Made by a program: the position numbers and the translations under genes. A stretch of DNA of 63,707 nt, the filler included, from Reclinomonas americana ATCC 50394 (Eukaryota), in assembly GCA_048213135.1 (NCBI GenBank). It is 7 parts of 6 records of this genome, joined end to end, with 100 filler letters (N's around TTAATTAATTAA, not from the genome) between each part and the next. Parts side by side here need not be neighbours in the genome. Positions count along the whole stretch, not along the records: positions 31,052 to 47,524 come from PS015649.1; positions 47,625 to 49,816 come from AFZH01014703.1; positions 49,917 to 50,978 come from PS015651.1; positions 51,079 to 56,366 come from PS015651.1; 3 more parts are not named here. One strand, written 5' to 3'. The notes below the pieces were generated by a model. The model worked only from the letters and a program-made list of their open reading frames with translations, made no database searches and was not told where the DNA came from. Of the stretch, positions 37,182 through 51,249 are shown one piece after another; the stretch's first letter is position 1, and each line of letters opens with the position of its first letter.

Positions 37182-39246
37182 TCACTTCCCGTTACGAGTG
37201 AAAAACGTCGACAATGTTTTCTGCGACGCGCCACTCTTCTTGCTGCTGCTGCTGCTGTTGTTGGTGGTGACGGCGACCGCACTGGCTTTTCTGGCTCGTT
37301 TTCGGGGTGGTGGTCGCACCTCCTCTGGAGTGATCTCCACCACCTCATCGTCGTCGTCGTCGGCATCAACGTCATCACCGCCTGTTCCCTTCTCCTCCTC
37401 CATCTTCACATCCTCGCCGTCGTCGTCATCGTCATCCTCCTCCTCCTCCTTGGCTTCTTTCTTCGGTTTTCGCGGCCGCTTCGTCACCGAAAACGTGGAC
37501 AGCACCGATTTGTTGAGGGCGGCCGAGTGCAGCACCTTGCGCATGCCACTCGACAAGGCCACCTCCGCCATCTCCGCGGCCGGCACCCAGCGCCACGGTT
37601 GAGGCTGCACGACACCACGACCGGCAGCACTGCGCACCGAAGCCGACCAGTCGTGTGCGCCGAGAAGCTGACCGGTGGCGACGTCGGCACACGACGGGTG
37701 CACGCGCAACACGTGCACGTGCATGTGTTGCCGCAGATGCGAGAATGTGTGTGTCACCACAGCACACACTACATGCTCAGTCACCTGCACCGCCGGCAGA
37801 CCGACGACCTCGCGCGCGAATTCCACCAGCGCTTGTCGTTGCTCATCTGCGTCGGCCGACTTGTCCACGGCCACACTATGGCGCAGAGGAGGAGGAGAAG
37901 GATGAGGAGGAGAGCAACAACGGGGAAAAAAGGGTGTAGTTGACAAGAAGACGAACCACGGAAACTCCCACAACGATGCCAGCAGGCCCTCGGCCGGCCG
38001 CTGCACGAGCAAATACGACGGAGGTGCCTGATCGGTACTCACTACGGCCACAGCAGTGGAGATTTCTGGCACGGCGGCCTTTTTCGACTTGACCGGATAC
38101 AGGGTGACCTGCGCCACGAGTGTGTGAGAACGAGAGTACAGTGACAGGAAGGCACGTTGATTGTCGTCGCACCGCATACTCGTCGCCCTTTTCCACTTGC
38201 TGCGCGTACGCACGGCAGTGCTCCTTGATCGGACATGTGGCGCACGATGGCGACTTGGGCGTGCACACCACGGCGCCGAGTTCCATGAGGGCTTGGTTGA
38301 AGTCACCGGGCCGACCGGGATCCACCAACTCGCGAGCCAGCGACCTTGCGATCGTGAGAGGCGCCAGTGAGACGACGGTGGAAACGACACAAGCTGCACG
38401 GATGTGAGGTCGCTCACCAAAACGTCCTGGTCACAGCCGGCTTCTTGATGTCGTCGTCGATGCAACAGAGCCGCGACAGCACGCGCATGACATTGCCGTC
38501 CACCAGTGCCTCCACACGACCAAACGCAATCGACGACACGGCTCCGGCCGTGTAGTCACCAATGCCAGGGATCTGCTTGAGATCGCCCACCGTCGCCGGG
38601 ACCAGGCCACGCATCGTGCTGCAGCCGACGACCTTTTGTGCGCCGTCATGCAGCATTTTCGCTCGCCGATAATACCCCAGGCCAGCCCACGTCTCATTCA
38701 CTTCCTGCACAGGTGTGAGTGCCAATACGCTCACGATATAGCATCATCGGGCAGCGAGCACCTCGAGTGATGCACTGGCGAGGACCGACACCTGCATGCA
38801 TGCATTGCCACTGAGCGAATGCACAGCTGCAGGCTCAATCACACAAGCGCAACTGTCGGGAAGCGACGCATCCATCGCTCAAAGTACTCAATCACCGTCT
38901 GCACTCGCGTCTGCTGCAGCATAATCTCCGACACCCACACGCGATACGCATGCTGCTGGCGCTCCTCGGAGACATCGTCGTCTACGCACACAGATGGTCA
39001 CAACGCGACGCAGGAGAGCAATCACTGTGCGCAGTAGTACCTGCACAGGCAGAAGCGTACACAGGAGGTGGCTTGCGCCAGGGCAGCTGCCGACAGTGTG
39101 CATCGTACCACATCAACAGCGCCGATCGGATGCCAACTGCATTCAACGATAATGACGACGATGACGATGACGAAGCCGCTGCATCGCACACTGCTAAGAG
39201 AGAAGGAGACACGGGAGAAGAAGGCGAGACGGGTTTGCTCACCCAT
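37182..39246 (-). CDS. MUTYH: A/G-specific adenine DNA glycosylase MutY homolog
   Basis: [35 protein letters not shown]; Hh[23 protein letters not shown]; Fe-S motif [33 protein letters not shown]-terminal PIP-box-like QKTLSTFF. Confidence 0.95.
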
Positions 39247-39313
39247 TGATTGACACAAAAGAGCGCGAATGGACAATGCGTTGCGAGCAACATGACGATC
39301 AGTTGTTGTTTTG

Positions 39314-42300
39314 ATGCCGCCGAAGAAGGCTGAGAGTGCGTCCTTCCCTCCTTGCTCGCACACGCACACGCACACTGCTCACTGCTTCACTCTCTCTCCC
39401 CCTTTCCATCGCCCACAGAGCCGGTCAAGGTCGAAGAGCCACCGCCATCGCCGCCTCCAGTCACCGCAGCCGCTGATGGTGGTGGTGGTCCTTCGGGCAG
39501 CAGCGAGCATGCAACCGCAGATAGCATGTCGCCACCACGCACACCCAGTCCCCCATCAACACCACCGCCACCACCGCCTCCTGAACTGTCGTGCCAGGAG
39601 CGACTGCTGACGGTGCTGCGCGAGGTGTTCACCTCGTACTACCCGCCGCCTCGACCGCCAACCCCACCGCCACCACCACCGCCTCCCCCACCCGTTGCGT
39701 CTCTTGCATGAACGCACGCTCTCTCACACAGTGGGGTGGCCGCGATTTGCTGATGGTGGGTTGGGCGCGCGCAGGAACCGGAACCAGAGCCAGAGAAGCC
39801 GGTCAAGGGCGGCAAGAAGGGTCCACCACCAAAGCCCTCCAAGGCGCCTCCACCTCGTTGCGCTGCTTTTGTCATCTCGTCTTGTTGATGTGCCATGCTG
39901 ATTGGTGTCTGCGTGTGTGTCGCGTTGCAGCACCGCCAGAACCGGAGCCAGAGCCTGTGCCGGTGGCGCCTCCAGAGCGTTTCGTCCACGTCGTTGTCGT
40001 CTGTGGATGAAAAGGCACACTACTCACTGTTACTGGCAGCTCCACACCCGTCCAAGGGCTTGGGAGTCGACGAGCCGGACGACAATGAGCCGCAGGATGA
40101 GTACGGCTCCACGATTCGACTGGTGAAGGGTCGGGCGCGCGACTCGGTGGAGGAATGCATGCGACTTACCGATCACTTGGTGGAGGCCAGTCGGCATCGC
40201 ATGCGACGTCTGCGCGCCGAGGTCGCCAAGAGTGTGAAGCTGGACGACGAGCCGGCTGTTGTCGCTGCCTCGTCGGCGCCGACAACGACGGCAGCTGCGG
40301 AGGGCAGCGGTGCGCCGCGATCGGTGCACGCCTCCTCGCAGTTCCCCTCGGATCCGGGTGATGGAGCCGGGCCATCTGCAGTGCGTCTTTGTGCTTGAGC
40401 AACATGTCAGTGAGTGCGTGACCTGCATCTCACGTCTCATCGCCCGCCGTGCAGATCGACCATGAACACGCGGATCAACCTGGTTCGCCCCTCCATTTCC
40501 TTTTGCACGCGAGGGATTGATGAACGAATGGCTCACCAGCGTGATCGCACGTGCAGATGAGAGCTTGGTGAATCAGTTCCTGCAAGAGGACGAGGCGCTG
40601 CTGGCGCGCTACCATCTGGTGGACGCGGTGGCGCTCATGACCAGCAAGGACAGCAGCGTGTTCAGGACGTTCCAGCCGCTGCCGCTGGCCTCCAAGCGCG
40701 AGTCCATGCCTCGTTTTGCTTCTGTCACCCTTTCGCGTGGCAGTCAAGTCAACCTCGGTGCGTATGCACTGGTTAGCGGAGAGAGTGAGCATTCAGCTGA
40801 ATTCATACGTGTGCACAGACCGATCACCACCGCCCACGCGCCCACCTGTTGTCACTGGCGGTGGGCAGTCGCGTGCCGGCTCTGTGGTGCGCTTTGTGGA
40901 CGAGGCTGAGGTGCAGCAGAGGGAGTTTGAGAGCCACAAGGAGCGTCTGACGGAGATGGTGGTTCCGCTCAAACTCGGTGGTGACGGTCAGGTCGTTGGT
41001 GCCTCCACACCGACAAAGCGACAGCGATTGCGCACAGCGGTGGCCCAGCAGCATCCGGCTGACGCGCAGCTTGAGGCTCACATGACTAGCAAGTTGAACT
41101 TCCGTGTGAATCCCCGATTCCGCGACTTGCCGAGCAAGGACGAACGACCGCGACTGAGTGGTACACGGCGAGACCAAGCGTTTGCGCTTTCCACCAACAC
41201 CGTGACCTTCTCGGCGTACAGGGTCAGTGGTGGCCATGTACAGTGAGGGTGGGGGCACGGAGCATTCTGACTGATTACGGCGTCGTATGTTTTGTGTTCG
41301 ATGCGCAGGTGGGTGAGCAACTTGAGCAGTCGTTCACGGTGATGAATGTGTCGAGCACGTCAAGGCGGTTGCGCGTGCTGCCACCGACCACTTCTCGCTT
41401 TTCCGTGCACTTGGCCAAGCTGCCGAACAACAATGCACTGGTCGCACCGGGTATGAGCATCACTGTGGTGGTGTTGTTCAAGCCGGACAGTGTGGCCGAT
41501 GTCGACGACGCCGCCGTGGTGGTCACTGACTTTTCCGAGTTGGAAGGTTGGTGGTTTATTGAGCAGGAGAGATGCAGATGTGTTTGTCATCTCACTTCGC
41601 CTCTTCGTATCATAGTGACTCTTCTCGGCCGTAACCACCCACCGCGACTGACGCTGCCGAATCGGCTCACCTGCAAGTTCCGTCGTCGTCGTCATTGTGG
41701 GGTGGAGTTGATGACTGGGGTGCTCATTGTTCTTGTCTGTCTTTTGCAGGCCTGCGTTGATCGGATTCGAGTCCGACAATGTGTTCCGCTGCAAGAACAT
41801 CGGTGGCAACGGCAACTTTTGGCTGCTCTCCGAAGACGGTTTGTGTGCCTCGCGATAGAATGCGTGGCGACGTCCCTTCTCATCGTCACCGATTGTGTTG
41901 GCAGAATTCCTGCAATACGAAACTGAGGGCGTTGGTTACCTGTTGAGCTCGGCTCTGGCGGAGCGCACACGTGTGCAGTGTGGTGTCAACTTTGAGGTGT
42001 ACCCGACCGACTTTATGCTCGTGCCATCGTCTGGTGAGAGGAGCATCAGCGAGTGGTGATTCTGCGAGTCGGCGGAAGCTAATGCTTTCCTCCATTTCTT
42101 TGGTCGCAGAGGTGGATGTGCAAGTGTTGTTTGCGCCACTGTCGACCGACATGGCTGAGCAGAATCTGTATATTGTGTGCGACAACATGACGGTGTTCCG
42201 GTACACGCTGAACGGTATGCTTGCGTCGACGCGCTGCGTGTGGTCGCCTTCACGCGCCACCGTTGCTCATTTGTGGATGCTGCAGGTACTGGCACGCTGC

Positions 42301-45300
42301 CGAATGTGTTTGTGAGCAAGGTCAACGGCGAGCCCTTTGATCCCAGAATTCACTCATCGACGCTGGCGTTTAATGAGACCACGCTGACGTCGAAGGAAGT
42401 TCGCGCGGGTGAGTTTTGCACATGGTATCGTGAGTTGTTGTCACCAACTTGTTCACCGTTGTTTGTTTTGTGCGTGCGCAGTCGAAGTGACAAACTCGAG
42501 CCTTGTACCCCTGACTGTGACGTGGAAATTACTGGTATGTGTGTGCCTCTGTGCGAATGTATGTCGGCGCTCTTGTCTCACTCAACACTGCCTACTCACC
42601 AGAACCAGCAAGGGAAATCGTCGTCAGTGTTCCTGGTGGAGCCTCCATCACGGCAGGTGGCCGCGCAAGACACGGCGGTCTTCCACTTTGCCTTTGCGCC
42701 TCCAGGCGACGTTCACCCTGGCACTCACACTGCGGTGGCTCGTCTGTGGGTGGAGGGGCTGCCTGGTGGATCGCTCACCAAAGAGCTCTCGGAGCGCACA
42801 CAGAACGGTTGGTTGTTCGCCTTGTTGTTTGTCGTCTTGCTGTGTATCGATTCTCACGCGGTGGCGTAGACGAGGCCGAGTTGGATGCGTCGCTGGTCGG
42901 TGCCACTCTGGATCCGAATCACTTCTTCGCCACAGATGCACTGCGGCGTTTGCTGGTGGACAGTGATCGGGAGCGCGGCTGCTATGACATGTCCGTGCAG
43001 CGCTTCGACATGTTTGGCGATGCGTGCCAGGTCAGCGTCGAACTGGTGCCTCCCATCATTGCCTTCCAAGGCAAGATGCTGCTGGGTGAGCGCTACGACC
43101 GGTACATTACGCTGCACAACCGTGGCGATGTTGCCGTGTCGTTCAAGTGGGAGCTGCCGGAGGGTGTGCACAATGGGATTCGCAACAATCGCGAGTACAA
43201 CTACGCCGAAGAGGAACGCAAGAGAACACGATCACTGGAGGGCGACTCACACGGTGACTACGAGGGCATCACCACCGACGACTCGGATTTCGGGCCGTAC
43301 GCCATCCAGTTGCAGCCTTTCAACGGCAAGATTGCAGCCGGCCAGGCCATGCAGGTCCGTTCCTTTTCATGCTTCCAATTCATCTTCATTTCTTCCTTGG
43401 CTCAAACGCCTGCCACCATCCTGCAGGTCAAGGTCAGCTTGCTGATCAACTCTCCCCAAACGCTGGCTCTCGTCCTCCCATGCAAGTTCGACGCGGCGCG
43501 ACCAGTGAAGCTGTACATCTCGGGCCAGGTGGCCGGTCCGCAGGTCTTCCTCGAGGAGGCCGCCATCGACTTTGGTGTGGTCGAGGTCGGCACCGAAGTT
43601 GCCGCCACACTCACCGTGGTCAACGACTCGCCGACGCCGGTGCACTGGATGCTGGCCGAGCGTGTCACGGCAAGCCGGTTGCGAGATAGGTGCGGCGCTG
43701 TTTCGTCTCTCATGCAGTGTGCTGTGTGAGATGCTTACTCCTTCCAATCCTCGGTACTGTGGTGCAGTGACGACTTGACGCACGAAATGTCGGAGCAACC
43801 CAAGTTCCTCTTCCTGCCTCCCGAGGGTGTGCTGGCCAAGAAGTCCAAGGAGGTGTGCATGCCGACATGTTGCTGTGCGCTTAATTTTGCAAAGGCAGCT
43901 GACGCCTCGTGTCACGCAGATTGTGTCGGTCGTGTTCAATCCCGAGTATCCGTTCCGTCTGGAGGGTCTGGTGGAATGCGCTGTCGAAGACGGCGAGAGT
44001 TGCTTCATTAGTGTTCGAGCGGTGGTGGACGCCCCAAAGGTGCTCCTCCATGACTCTCTCTCTCTTTCTGTATCAGTGGCCATCGGTATTTACTGTGGTG
44101 CGCTCAGGTCGTCATGAGACCACCGGTGATCGAGCTGCCGCCGTGTACCATCAACGTCCCGCAACTGTTTGAGATCACACTGCAGAATTTGAGTCTTGTG
44201 CCCGCCGATTTCGAGTGGATCAGTGTGCAAGCTGACGGTTTGTGTGTGTGTGCATGCGCGAGCTTGCACAGTACACTGTGATCTCACGTGGTCGTCCTCG
44301 TGTGTGCACAGCCTGCATGGTGGGCATTTCGGCGGCAACTGGGCGCATTGCGCCGTGCTCCGATGCCCTGCTGACGATGCAAGTGACGCCGACCGTTGTG
44401 GGTCCGTTCCGCATCCTGCTGCCGTGCTGGGTGCAGGGTATGGAGACGCCGATTGCACTGGCGGTGTCTGGTCGCACCGAGGGCATGGTGCTGTCGCTGG
44501 ATGTGGCCAACGAGGAGGCGAGTCGCACAGCTCGCCTTGCCGAAATCCTATCATCACGAGCTCACTGTGCATACATAGGAGGTCACCACGCAAATCGCTG
44601 CCGAAGTCGGCGCACTTGCCAGTGGGTTTGTCGAAGGCACCAGCGAGGCCACGGCGGGAACTGCCACTGCCGACTCGGCCGACGCGTTCGACGGCGATGT
44701 TCATCGAGTCAACAAGCCCATTCAGCCGTGCGTATCCCCCACGCGCCATCGTCATTCTTGGTTGCAATCTGTAGTTATTTATTCACGCTATCTCATTCTC
44801 TGCGCAGTTTTGCCTCTTGGCTGGTGGATCAGTGCTTTGAGCGAGCCACGACGACGGCACCGCCGACTGAGCGGCCGCCGACGGCGCCAGTACCGTGTCT
44901 CGATTTCGGCATGGTGGGCCTGTTTGAGCGCAAGACGCTGACACTGACAGTACGAAACCACTCGTCGGCCAGTGCAGCGTTCTCTGCCTATGTTGATCGC
45001 CTGTCGTTCCCAGCGGTGCGTGGACATGCATGCATGTGACTTGGTTACTCTTATTGTCTTGACTCAACTCGTCATCACTCTCGCAGGCCGACGCTGTCTC
45101 CGCAACAGGNNNNNNNNNNNNNNNNNNNNNNNNNNNNNNNNNNNNNNNNNNNNNNNNNNNNNNNNNNNNNNNNNNNNNNNNNNNNNNNNNNNNNNNNNNN
45201 NNNNNNNNNNNNNNNNNNNNNNNNNNNNNNNNNNNNNNNNNNNNNNNNNNNNNNNNNNNNNNNNNNNNNNNNNNNNNNNNNNNNNNNNNNNNNNNNNNNN

Positions 45301-47225
45301 NNNNNNNNNNNNNNNNNNNNNNNNNNNNNNNNNNNNNNNNNNNNNNNNNNNNNNNNNNNNNNNNNNNNNNNNNNNNNNNNNNNNNNNNNNNNNNNNNNNN
45401 NNNNNNNNNNNNNNNNNNNNNNNNNNNNNNNNNNNNNNNNNNNNNNNNNNNNNNNNNNNNNNNNNNNNNNNNNNNNNNNNNNNNNNNNNNNNNNNNNNNN
45501 NNNNNNNNNNNNNNNNNNNNNNNNNNNNNNNNNNNNNNNNNNNNNNNNNNNNNNNNNNNNNNNNNNNNNNNNNNNNNNNNNNNNNNNNNNNNNNNNNTCC
45601 GGATACTGCCGAGATTACACCGCGACTCTCTGCGTTGCGTCGTCGCTCTTTGTACTTGTTCCATGTGTTTTTTAGCTCACCCTCGTCTTGGTGTGTCGTG
45701 CAGCCACGAGCCGCCGACTGACACGAGCGTGTTTTTCGTGGAGCCCGAAGAAGTGGTGCGTGTTGCATTTCTCGCAAGTCGTCGCCGACAGCACTCTCAC
45801 ATCGTCAACAGCTGGTTCGCGCACACGAGAGCGGCCGAGTCACAGTCACATTTATGCCACCGGCCGATCCCGGCATCCACGACCAGTTCTTCTTGCGCGG
45901 TCTATCGAGTCTCGCACATCCCATGGTGTGTGTTTGTAAGTGCTGTTCACGCAATCCCGCCTGCATCGGCTAACCCACCACGACAGGCTCCTGCCTCCGC
46001 GCACGAGGCACTGCCGCCGCCGAGCAACACGCGCGACGAGCTGTTCCGCGAGCTGCGAGTGAATCTGACGGGCGCCACCGAGGTGCCGGTCCTGACGCCC
46101 GACGTATCCAACAAGCTCAAGTTCACCACCACGTACTCGCAAGTGAGCGCGCTGGAGGCCAGCGGCGGCGGCGGCGCAATATCAGCACGCAGTGGAGGCA
46201 GTGCGCCCCGAGCACGACCGCCGATGGCATCTGCCGCGGCTAATGGTGTGTGATGTTTGTGCGCAGTTTGTGTGTCGCGCGTGCTGAGTCTTCGCGCAGC
46301 TGCTCCGTCGGGATTCCCTTGTGTGCGCTCCATGACGCTGCGCAACTTGACCAGCTCCACTCTGGTGTTCTCGTTGAACGCCCGTCCTTCGCACCTCTTC
46401 CGCCTGATCAAGACACACACCTCGGCACCGGGTCACCCGTTGGCCGGCGGCAGTACGTTGAAGTCGAAAGCGATTCCGCGACCCGACACGCCGTCGACCA
46501 TTTTCCAGCTCGGTCCGCAAGACTCGGTGGAGGCTCTGGTCGCATTCACACCTTCGTCGGAGATGCGGCCGAGCGCCGAGGAGAACGAGGTCGCCGGTGG
46601 AGAAGGTGTGTGTGTGTCGAGCAAGAACTCACAAATCACCCTTTCTCGTGGCCTGACTTCCTCCTCCTTCTCCTTCTATAGCCTCGTCGACCAGTCTCAC
46701 GGGCGAGTTGGTGGTCCACTACGCCAGCAACCACACGCAACTCCTGCCGCTGGCCGGTGTGCTACATTTCCCGCAAGCCGAGCTCAACACGCCCGACGTG
46801 GACTTTGGCAACGTACAAAAGGCCTACACCATCACTGTGGTGCTGTCGAACCCCTCTTTCGACCAAGTGTCGTTGCGTCGCTCGGTATTGCAGCCATGTG
46901 GTGATGTTACTTCTGCCCTCATTCGATACACAGGTGGCACGTGGAGCACGTACCCAGTGGCACGCGCTTCATGGCTCAAGCGGGCGACATGGCCGAGAGC
47001 GACGACCCGCACGCCTTCCGTTTCGAGCCGGACGCCGGCGTGCTGCGGGCCAGCGAGCAGGGCAGTGAGGTGCCTCGCCAGCGCATCGCCATCACCTTCA
47101 CCCCGCCCCGTCGCGGCGCCTTCCGCTCCCAGTTTTGCCTGCGCACAACCGGCGCTTCCACCGCCCTCCTGCTCACGGCACACGGGCAGGCCGTGTACGA
47201 CGAAATCCGCGACGGAAGATCATGA
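39314..47225 (+). CDS. DLEC1: DLEC1/CFAP81-like ciliary protein with multiple ASH (hydin-like) domains; contains an N gap
   Basis: Start MPPKKAE; KLNFRVNPRF; FSAYR|VGEQLEQSFTVMNVSSTSRRLRVLPPTTSRFSV..LVAPGMS...FKPD; repeated DFG...L...N ASH motifs; stop at 47225. Confidence 0.8.
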
Positions 47226-47624
47226 TATTCATAGTCGTAGTGTAGTTAGAGTGTACGTTTCATTCTTTTCTTGTAGCATCTTGTGTGGTTGTGGAGCTGT
47301 ACCAAAACATATAACAGGGAGGAAAAACAGCCGTCTCGCTGACTGCGGCGCAAGCGAGAGTGATTCAAAAATGGGTCAAAAACAACATGGAATATCCATC
47401 AGCCGCTCCCTCTCAGCGCATACAGGTCGCCGGCAGCGGCGGTGTGCCACTGGCGGCGCGCGGAGTCAGCGGCGACGGCGGCGCATGCTCACTCAACATC
47501 TCATACGAGGAGGCACTGGAGAGCNNNNNNNNNNNNNNNNNNNNNNNNNNNNNNNNNNNNNNNNNNNNTTAATTAATTAANNNNNNNNNNNNNNNNNNNN
47601 NNNNNNNNNNNNNNNNNNNNNNNN

Positions 47625-50524
47625 AACGGCCAAGAGACGACCACTGTCGTCGGCACGCTTCTTCTTGCCGACAGCACGCCCACTCAGCACGGCAATGAAG
47701 CGAGCGAGCACACGTTGGTACTGAGAACGGGATTGAGATTGCGAGCAGAGAAAAGAATCACACTCGAATAAAAGAGACAAGCTACGCAACCAGCAATGCC
47801 TCCTGCGTGCTCAGCTCCGACTCCACTGCACTACGCAGCAGAATTCGCAGCATGCCCTCCAGGGTATCAATGGCCACTTCGTCGACCGCCTTTTCTGCCA
47901 CTCCCGGGCGCTCCAATTCATTGATGCAGCCGCGAACAAATGCAGCGGCGGAGCCTGCCAGGCGACGCGGGGCTGCGCAGCACACAGGTTGAAAATCTGG
48001 GGGAGAGAAGAGCATTGTCGTGATGGGGACGCACCGACACCGGGCTCCTGTGCGGCGGCGATCTCGTCGAGGTTGCGGCACATGAGTTGCACGCGCGACT
48101 GCAGGTCCGGCAGCAGCGAGTTAATGTGTGCGTCCAGGAAGCGCTGCGGCGCATCGCCCAGCTCCGCCACATGCGATGCTACGTCGCACAGACGCGTCAC
48201 CAGGCCACACGTGGCAACTGCAAGAGAGGCGGCAACCTTTCTCAATACTCCCGTATACGCAGAGAACTACGGGTGCATGCCACCAAACCTCGAACTTCAT
48301 CAGTCCAGCCAGCAGCAGTGGCGTCAACGGTGCCAGCGACCTGCGTCGCCTCCAGTTCGGCGCGCACCGTTGCGTGGAAACCTGGTTGTGCGGAGAGTCA
48401 GTCTATTGGTCTTATCCAGACATGATGACGGTGGCACGTAACCCCAGTCCACAGTCGATCCGTCAGAGTGGAAGTAAAAGTGCACACGGTCACCCTGCAC
48501 CGTCACTGGCTCCCACCCGGCGGGTCCGGGGCCAGAGCGGCGAGTGCCCACTTCGTCGACGCGATTGGCCTGTCGGAATACCTGCAAGTAGTCGTGCCTG
48601 GCGAATCATACGAGATGAGAGCGATGAAATATGACTGCGCACTACTCAGCAGAAGATAAATGCTCTCTCACCGTGGCTCGGTACGCGTCCGCGGATCGAA
48701 CGTGACAGTGATGGACTGCGCACCAGGGAAGTGCACTTGCCAGTCTTGATCCATGTTGTTCTCGTAACTGCACGGTTGGCAGATTCAGCGGCATGGCTCA
48801 CCAAAACCAGATACGAGGGGGGAAAAAGGCAACGCAACGGATGATTCGTCTCAATGACGCGCTCCTCGGCCTTCTTGCTACGTGTCTTGCGTGGCGTGCG
48901 CATGGAACGCAAATGCACGCCAAGCAAGTGGAGCATGATGCCAACTGAAAACGCATCGGCGCGCGACTCCTCGGCCGTGCGCAGCGTCTCGCTGTGTGTG
49001 TGCGTGTGAATCCAAGTACTGAGCGACAACATACGCGAGCAAGCATCACTCCACTTGCAAAGTGACGCACCTGCCAAACTGCCCGCTCAGGTCCTCCAGC
49101 AGCACCACCAGCGACTCCGACGTGCGCCGATCAAGCTCGAGCACGAACGGAACAAAGAGCGGCCTCTGCGATTCGTCGACGGTGCATTTGGCCTCGTAGT
49201 CGAAAGCGACCAGCGCCGAATGGATGAGAATCAGGGTCGCAGCCTCCACTGCGGTGAACTGGCGACCTGCTGCCTCGATGCGATCGCCGTTGCACAGCTC
49301 GGCGGCAACGGTGCGCGCCTGCACGGCACTGGCCGATAAACCGTCAGATGAGCTCATGAGGAGCTGGCGCACCTCGTGCACCAGCACATGCAACGAGGTC
49401 ACGGGGAACGTGTGGCCTGGTGTCGTGTAGTGTGAGTTTCGCCTACATGACTGACTCCAATGAGATGCGCGACATTGACGAGACCTTGCAGCTTGGGCGA
49501 TCGCAGCCACTGCACCATGGCAAGTGCGAGCGCGAGAGAGCCACGAGCACGCCAAACAGAAAGCAGTGTGCGCAGCACTGCTGCGTCTCCAATCTTGTCG
49601 GCAAACGAGTACTCGTTGTGCAACAGTGCGCGCACAATCTGCACTCCATGCGTGAGAACGGCGCGCAGGTGTGAGAACGCTGGTAAAAATTATAGAGGAG
49701 TACGCAACCGAGTCCAGCGTGGCCTCCGACATTGGTGGCTCCGGTGCTCCTCGCGGTCGAGCAGCTGCCGGTCGCAGGCACGCCATTGGCAGGCGCTCCA
49801 GTGCCGTGGAAAATTTNNNNNNNNNNNNNNNNNNNNNNNNNNNNNNNNNNNNNNNNNNNNTTAATTAATTAANNNNNNNNNNNNNNNNNNNNNNNNNNNN
49901 NNNNNNNNNNNNNNNNAAAGCTGCAGGAACGAGGAGTGAGCGCACAGTCTGACGAGGCACATTGGACCAGCGCGCGTGTGTGTGTGTGTGCACGCAACAA
50001 GTGCCACGGGCACTGGGCGGTGTCGGATGCGGGTGCGTGAGCGGGAGCAAGTACGGGCGGCCGCGCGCGCGGGCCACGTACGAGCGAATGCGCTGCACAC
50101 GCGCTGCGCAATCACCGCACGTGTCATAGTCGCACAGATTGCAACGATAGCGCGGATGCACCGGGTTGCCGAGACAACAGTCGCATGTCCATCCTGAGAG
50201 TGCGCGCGCGAGAAAGTGAGTGAGTGAGTGAGTGATGACGCGATGCATGCATGTGCGGAACAAATCGCAGTCAGATATAAAGAGCAACTCACATGCGCGC
50301 AACATGCGTGTGCGCGTGTCGCGTGTGTGCATGCATGTGGGTGTGTGCGTGTGCAAGAGAGAGAGAGAGAAAAGGGGGTGCCGGACAACAACTTTGAGTG
50401 TGCAAGTGTGTGTGTGCGTGTGTGTGTGTTCCGACTCACCAGAGCGATTTCCGGGTTCCAGAATCAGCGGATGATGATGCGGGGAGCCATCACCTGGCGG
50501 AATGCTCCCAGCAGGCTCAGCCAT
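47625..50524 (-). CDS. 5' part of a large protein with an N-terminal ZZ/DC1-like zinc finger and a CUB-like domain (HERC/ZZEF1/HECTD4-like architecture), split by a spacer
   Basis: HHHPL..SG|WTCDCC...RYRCNLCDYDTCGDC at about 50100-50524. YLQVF..GWEPVTVQGDRVHFYFHSDGSTVDWGY at about 48440-48590. Confidence 0.6.
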
Positions 50525-51249
50525 TTCTGCTCTCTGTGTGTGCGCGCGGGGGTGCAAGTGTGAGGGACGCACATAGACATTATGAGAGATAAAGAGGCGG
50601 ACACGCACAATGCGCGCACAGAGCAGGGGAGAAGAGGAGGAGATGGAGGAAAAGATGGGGGGAGAGAAGAGAGGGTGGGAGGGAGAGAATTTACCTGTGT
50701 GGATGCACTGCGCACACGGAGGCCGCGGAAGATTGAAAATCTGCCGGACGGAGTCGACTGGACGACAGGAGGGTGGGTTTCGTGTTTGTTGTCTTGCCTT
50801 TCCCCTCACCACAGCACGTGCACGTAAACAGCTCATTAGTTGTGTGTATTCAAGAACAGTGATTATAAGGTTGTGGGTAATTAGGAGCATGTGGCGAGGA
50901 GCTTCTCGGCTGCAGTTGTCAACGCGGCGAGCGGATTGGTGTCGTCATTGGGCAAGTCGGTCGGTTTTTGCTCGAGAANNNNNNNNNNNNNNNNNNNNNN
51001 NNNNNNNNNNNNNNNNNNNNNNTTAATTAATTAANNNNNNNNNNNNNNNNNNNNNNNNNNNNNNNNNNNNNNNNNNNNTCGCACGCTCGCACGCGCGTGA
51101 CCGTTCTGCAGCGCACTGCTCCACAGACTGCCAGAGGCGCCACTGCAACTGACACGACAATGCGGGCAACACAGCACAGCGCGCGCGGGAGACGGGGTGA
51201 CAGAGGGAGGCCCGCGAGTGCATTTGTCACGCGGGCCGCACACTTTCGA

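Noticed and set aside
44783..45777. ORFs spanning poly-N
   Set aside because: Artefacts of translating gaps; the same applies near 63000-63566.
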